This document shows positions 45,607 to 48,059 of a stretch of DNA of 48,059 nt, one piece after another. Each line of letters opens with the position of its first letter. Within the stretch, counting starts at the first letter, position 1. The notes beneath the pieces were generated by a model. The model was given only the letters and a program-made list of their open reading frames with translations. It made no database searches and had not been told where the DNA came from. The stretch comes from an uncultured Planctomycetaceae bacterium (GTDB lineage Bacteria; Planctomycetota; Planctomycetia; Pirellulales; JAEUIK01), in contig CAZNXE010000003.1 of assembly GCA_964576465.1 (NCBI GenBank), positions 7,047 to 55,105 of the forward strand, written 5' to 3'. Made by a program: the position numbers and the translations under genes.

Positions 45607-47856
45607 CTAAACAACATCTAACTTCTGGTTCTCAGGAGACTTTTCCATCACGCGACCGATCACCACGGGGCTCCAAGATGTCTGTTGTTCGATGCGACCG
45701 ATGAGGTTGTCGACGTGTTGTTCTGGAACACCCAGCAGCAATCCGCCAGAGGTCTGCGGATCGAATAGCGCGGCGTAGTTCGTTTGGTTACGAATCGCGG
45801 TCCCGGCTTGCATTTCCGCTTCCACCGTGCGATTCGCCGGGGCAAGCGTGCTGGCGATGCCTTGGCCGAGCAGTTCTAGAGTGCCAGGGAGAAGGGGAAT
45901 CTGGGCAAGCGAGATCTCAGCGGCAACACCACTGGCGTTGAGCATCTCGAGCAGGTGGCCGGCAAGACCAAAGCCGGTCACATCGGTGATGGCTCCAATG
46001 CCGTGGTCTTGCAGAACGTCCTCGGGCAATTGGTTGCTGATGAGCATCGATTCGACGAGCGACTCGTACCAGGCGGCCCGACATTGCGCCTGCATCTGGG
46101 CAGCCAACAGCACGCCGGTCCCCAGAGGCTTGGTAAGCACCAACACATCGCCAGGGCGAAGGCCCGACTTCAGTGACGCGCCACCCACCGGAGCATCGCC
46201 CACCACGGTATAGCCCAACATCGTCCGCGGACCTTCGATGGTGTGCCCACCGGCCAGGGTCGCATTCATGTTGCGGAACTCCTGCAAGCTGCCGGCCAGC
46301 ATTTCAAAGAGCAACTGTTCCTGCTGCCGTGGCGGCCCCAAGGGCAGGGTGGCCATGGCAAGTGCGGCCACGGGGCGGCCACCCAGTGCAAAAATATCAC
46401 TCGCGGCATTCAGCGCCGCGATGCGTCCCACCAAGTAAGGGTCGTCGACGAAGGAAGCGAAGAAGTCGGTCGTCAACAGCACAGGGCGACCGTCCGGCTG
46501 ACGCAACACGGCCGCATCGTCTGGCTGGTCGAGCCCAACAAGAACACGATCGGAAGCCGGCACGTCCAACCGCTCGAGCACGCGTCGCAACACGTCGCCA
46601 CCAACTTTCCCCCCGCATCCGGCGCACCGCATGGCGTTGTTCTTCGCTTCAGCGGCATCAGTGGGCCCATGTTCAATCGACATCGGTTGGTAGTCTTGGA
46701 ATTTCGCCATGAACCGCGTGTCGATACGATTCTTGAGTTTCCAACACCAGTGTCCCGTGGCGCTGAAACCCTTGTAGTCTAAAATCGAACGGCCATCGCC
46801 GGTGGAAAGCAGCTTAAGGAACGAGTGCTGTGGTCGGTATGCTTCGAGCGGTTGCCCCTTCAGACGCCGTTGTAGATTCTTCCATAAAATGGGGCCCTGC
46901 CGGACCGCGTACACACCAGCTTTGGGGGTGCGATCTCGCTCGATCGTACCGCTGTCGCCTACGACAAAGATCGGGGCGCCGGCCACGGTTTGCAGTGTCG
47001 GTTCGGTAAGGAGGAAGCCCGAGGTGTCTGTTGGCAGCCCTAACTTTCGCAACAGCGGCGGCGCTTCGGCTCCGGTGGCCCACAACACAATGTCTGCCGA
47101 CATACGGCGTCCGTCGCTGAGTTCTAGTTCGCCATCTCCCACGGCACGGACATCATGTCCCAAGATGATCTCAACCTCGCGACCTCGCAGTTCGTGTTCG
47201 ACCCGTTTGACGGCCCCATCATTCAGCCCATGGGCGATGCTGTCGTGGCGGTCGATCAGCATCAATTGAGGCGTGGCGCCGAGCAGCTTCACAACGTGTG
47301 GAGTTAAGGCCAGCGTGATTTCCACGCCCGCCACACCAGCTCCAACAACGGCGATCCGCGGAGGCCTTTCACCGACCTGCCGCACCGCATCGAGCAGTCG
47401 CCGATCGAGACGCTGCAAGAACGTCTGCATCGGTTTGATCGCAACCACGGCATTGTTGCCTAACCCATTCGCATCGGTCTGCACATCGTCTAGACCGCTG
47501 GGGATCGAACCAATGCCGATCGAAAGGACGTCGAACGGCACCGGTGGCCGGTCTTCGAGCAGCACCTCACGCCGCTCGATGTCGAGACCGCGAATACCCG
47601 CCCGGAGAAAGCGTACTCCGGCCGAAGCACAGAGACGGACCAGATCGATCTCCATTTGCTCCCGGTCGTACAACCCCGCCAAGGTGCCGGGCAACATTCC
47701 GGAGTAGGTCGCCACCGAGAAGTTCGAGATACAGGTCAGCCGGACGTTTCGCGGGGGGCTCATCCGCCACATGCGAATAATGTGGCCATGCGTATGCCCG
47801 GCACCGAGGAGCACAATGTCTTGGTCGGGCAGCGTCGCGTTCATCAAGTTCAGCAT
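45607..47856 (-). CDS. selD: Fusion of an FAD-dependent pyridine nucleotide-disulfide oxidoreductase (NDH-2/SQR-like) with selenide, water dikinase (SelD)
   Basis: N-terminal half DIVLLGAGHTHGH... plus a second dinucleotide fold RIAVVGAGVAGVE. C-terminal half from AMRCAGCGGKVGG (SelD glycine-rich active-site loop, Cys type) through AIR-synthase-like domains. The start could be ATG 47856, 47844 or 47949. Confidence 0.8.
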   Translation of the reverse strand: MLNLMNATLPDQDIVLLGAGHTHGHIIRMWRMSPPRNVRLTCISNFSVATYSGMLPGTLAGLYDREQMEIDLVRLCASAGVRFLRAGIRGLDIERREVLLEDRPPVPFDVLSIGIGSIPSGLDDVQTDANGLGNNAVVAIKPMQTFLQRLDRRLLDAVRQVGERPPRIAVVGAGVAGVEITLALTPHVVKLLGATPQLMLIDRHDSIAHGLNDGAVKRVEHELRGREVEIILGHDVRAVGDGELELSDGRRMSADIVLWATGAEAPPLLRKLGLPTDTSGFLLTEPTLQTVAGAPIFVVGDSGTIERDRTPKAGVYAVRQGPILWKNLQRRLKGQPLEAYRPQHSFLKLLSTGDGRSILDYKGFSATGHWCWKLKNRIDTRFMAKFQDYQPMSIEHGPTDAAEAKNNAMRCAGCGGKVGGDVLRRVLERLDVPASDRVLVGLDQPDDAAVLRQPDGRPVLLTTDFFASFVDDPYLVGRIAALNAASDIFALGGRPVAALAMATLPLGPPRQQEQLLFEMLAGSLQEFRNMNATLAGGHTIEGPRTMLGYTVVGDAPVGGASLKSGLRPGDVLVLTKPLGTGVLLAAQMQAQCRAAWYESLVESMLISNQLPEDVLQDHGIGAITDVTGFGLAGHLLEMLNASGVAAEISLAQIPLLPGTLELLGQGIASTLAPANRTVEAEMQAGTAIRNQTNYAALFDPQTSGGLLLGVPEQHVDNLIGRIEQQTSWSPVVIGRVMEKSPENQKLDVV

Positions 47857-48059
47857 CGTAAGTGTGCGTGCGGGAAACGTACATTCTACGTTCGACCCTG
47901 CCTCGACGACACCGGGGTGCGAATCGCGAGCGTGACAACGCACATTCAAAGAGAAATGTGTCGCATTGCCGGTGACCCATGGCGGTTATCAGTCCGTTGA
48001 AAAAGACGGGTGGCCCAGCCGCGTAGTCGGCTGGGTCGCGTAGCGACAAGATGCCTTGC

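Noticed and set aside
47950-48059. Hairpin CCCAGCCG-CGTAGT-CGGCTGGG near the right edge (about 48013-48034), considered as a tRNA-Sec or SECIS-like element next to selD
   Set aside because: It is only a single 8-bp stem with no further tRNA-like arms. The sequence is cut by the window edge, so nothing can be concluded.

Overview
This 48-kb window looks like a high-GC chromosomal segment from a Planctomycetota (Pirellulaceae-like) genome. That assignment is an inference from gene content: formylglycine-type sulfatase, DUF1501, DUF1570, a PEP-CTERM protein, a NagB-PIG-L fusion, and intergenic palindromic repeats that translate into recurring junk peptides. All protein calls rest on motifs I recognise in the supplied translations; no search was run. 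Most of the window is housekeeping: copA (partial), cinA, dapA, pdxJ, rimO, pgsA, proB, purF, dinB, an osmoprotectant ABC transporter, glycosyltransferases, and a PP2C / histidine kinase / sigma-54 response regulator module. I do not see a convincing novel multi-gene defence or biosynthetic system. The unexplained structure is in the non-coding and accessory DNA. (1) A 3.1-kb mosaic island (24968-28106) lies between the converging 3' ends of the sigma-54 regulator and a sulfatase. It has AT-richer orphan ORFs arranged like cassettes behind a repeated hairpin element, three direct copies of the sulfatase 3' tail, a REPIN-like MITE, and a higB2/higA2-type toxin-antitoxin pair with a perfect operator palindrome. 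(2) A RAYT-type Y1 transposase is flanked by inverted REP hairpins, next to a 5'-truncated group II intron that keeps domains V/VI. (3) At least four unrelated palindromic repeat families are present. One is a ~120-bp nested palindrome in three copies whose inner segments are inverted relative to each other. Other notable items are an oxidoreductase-SelD fusion and an ImmA/IrrE-like gene behind a perfect 16-bp palindrome.
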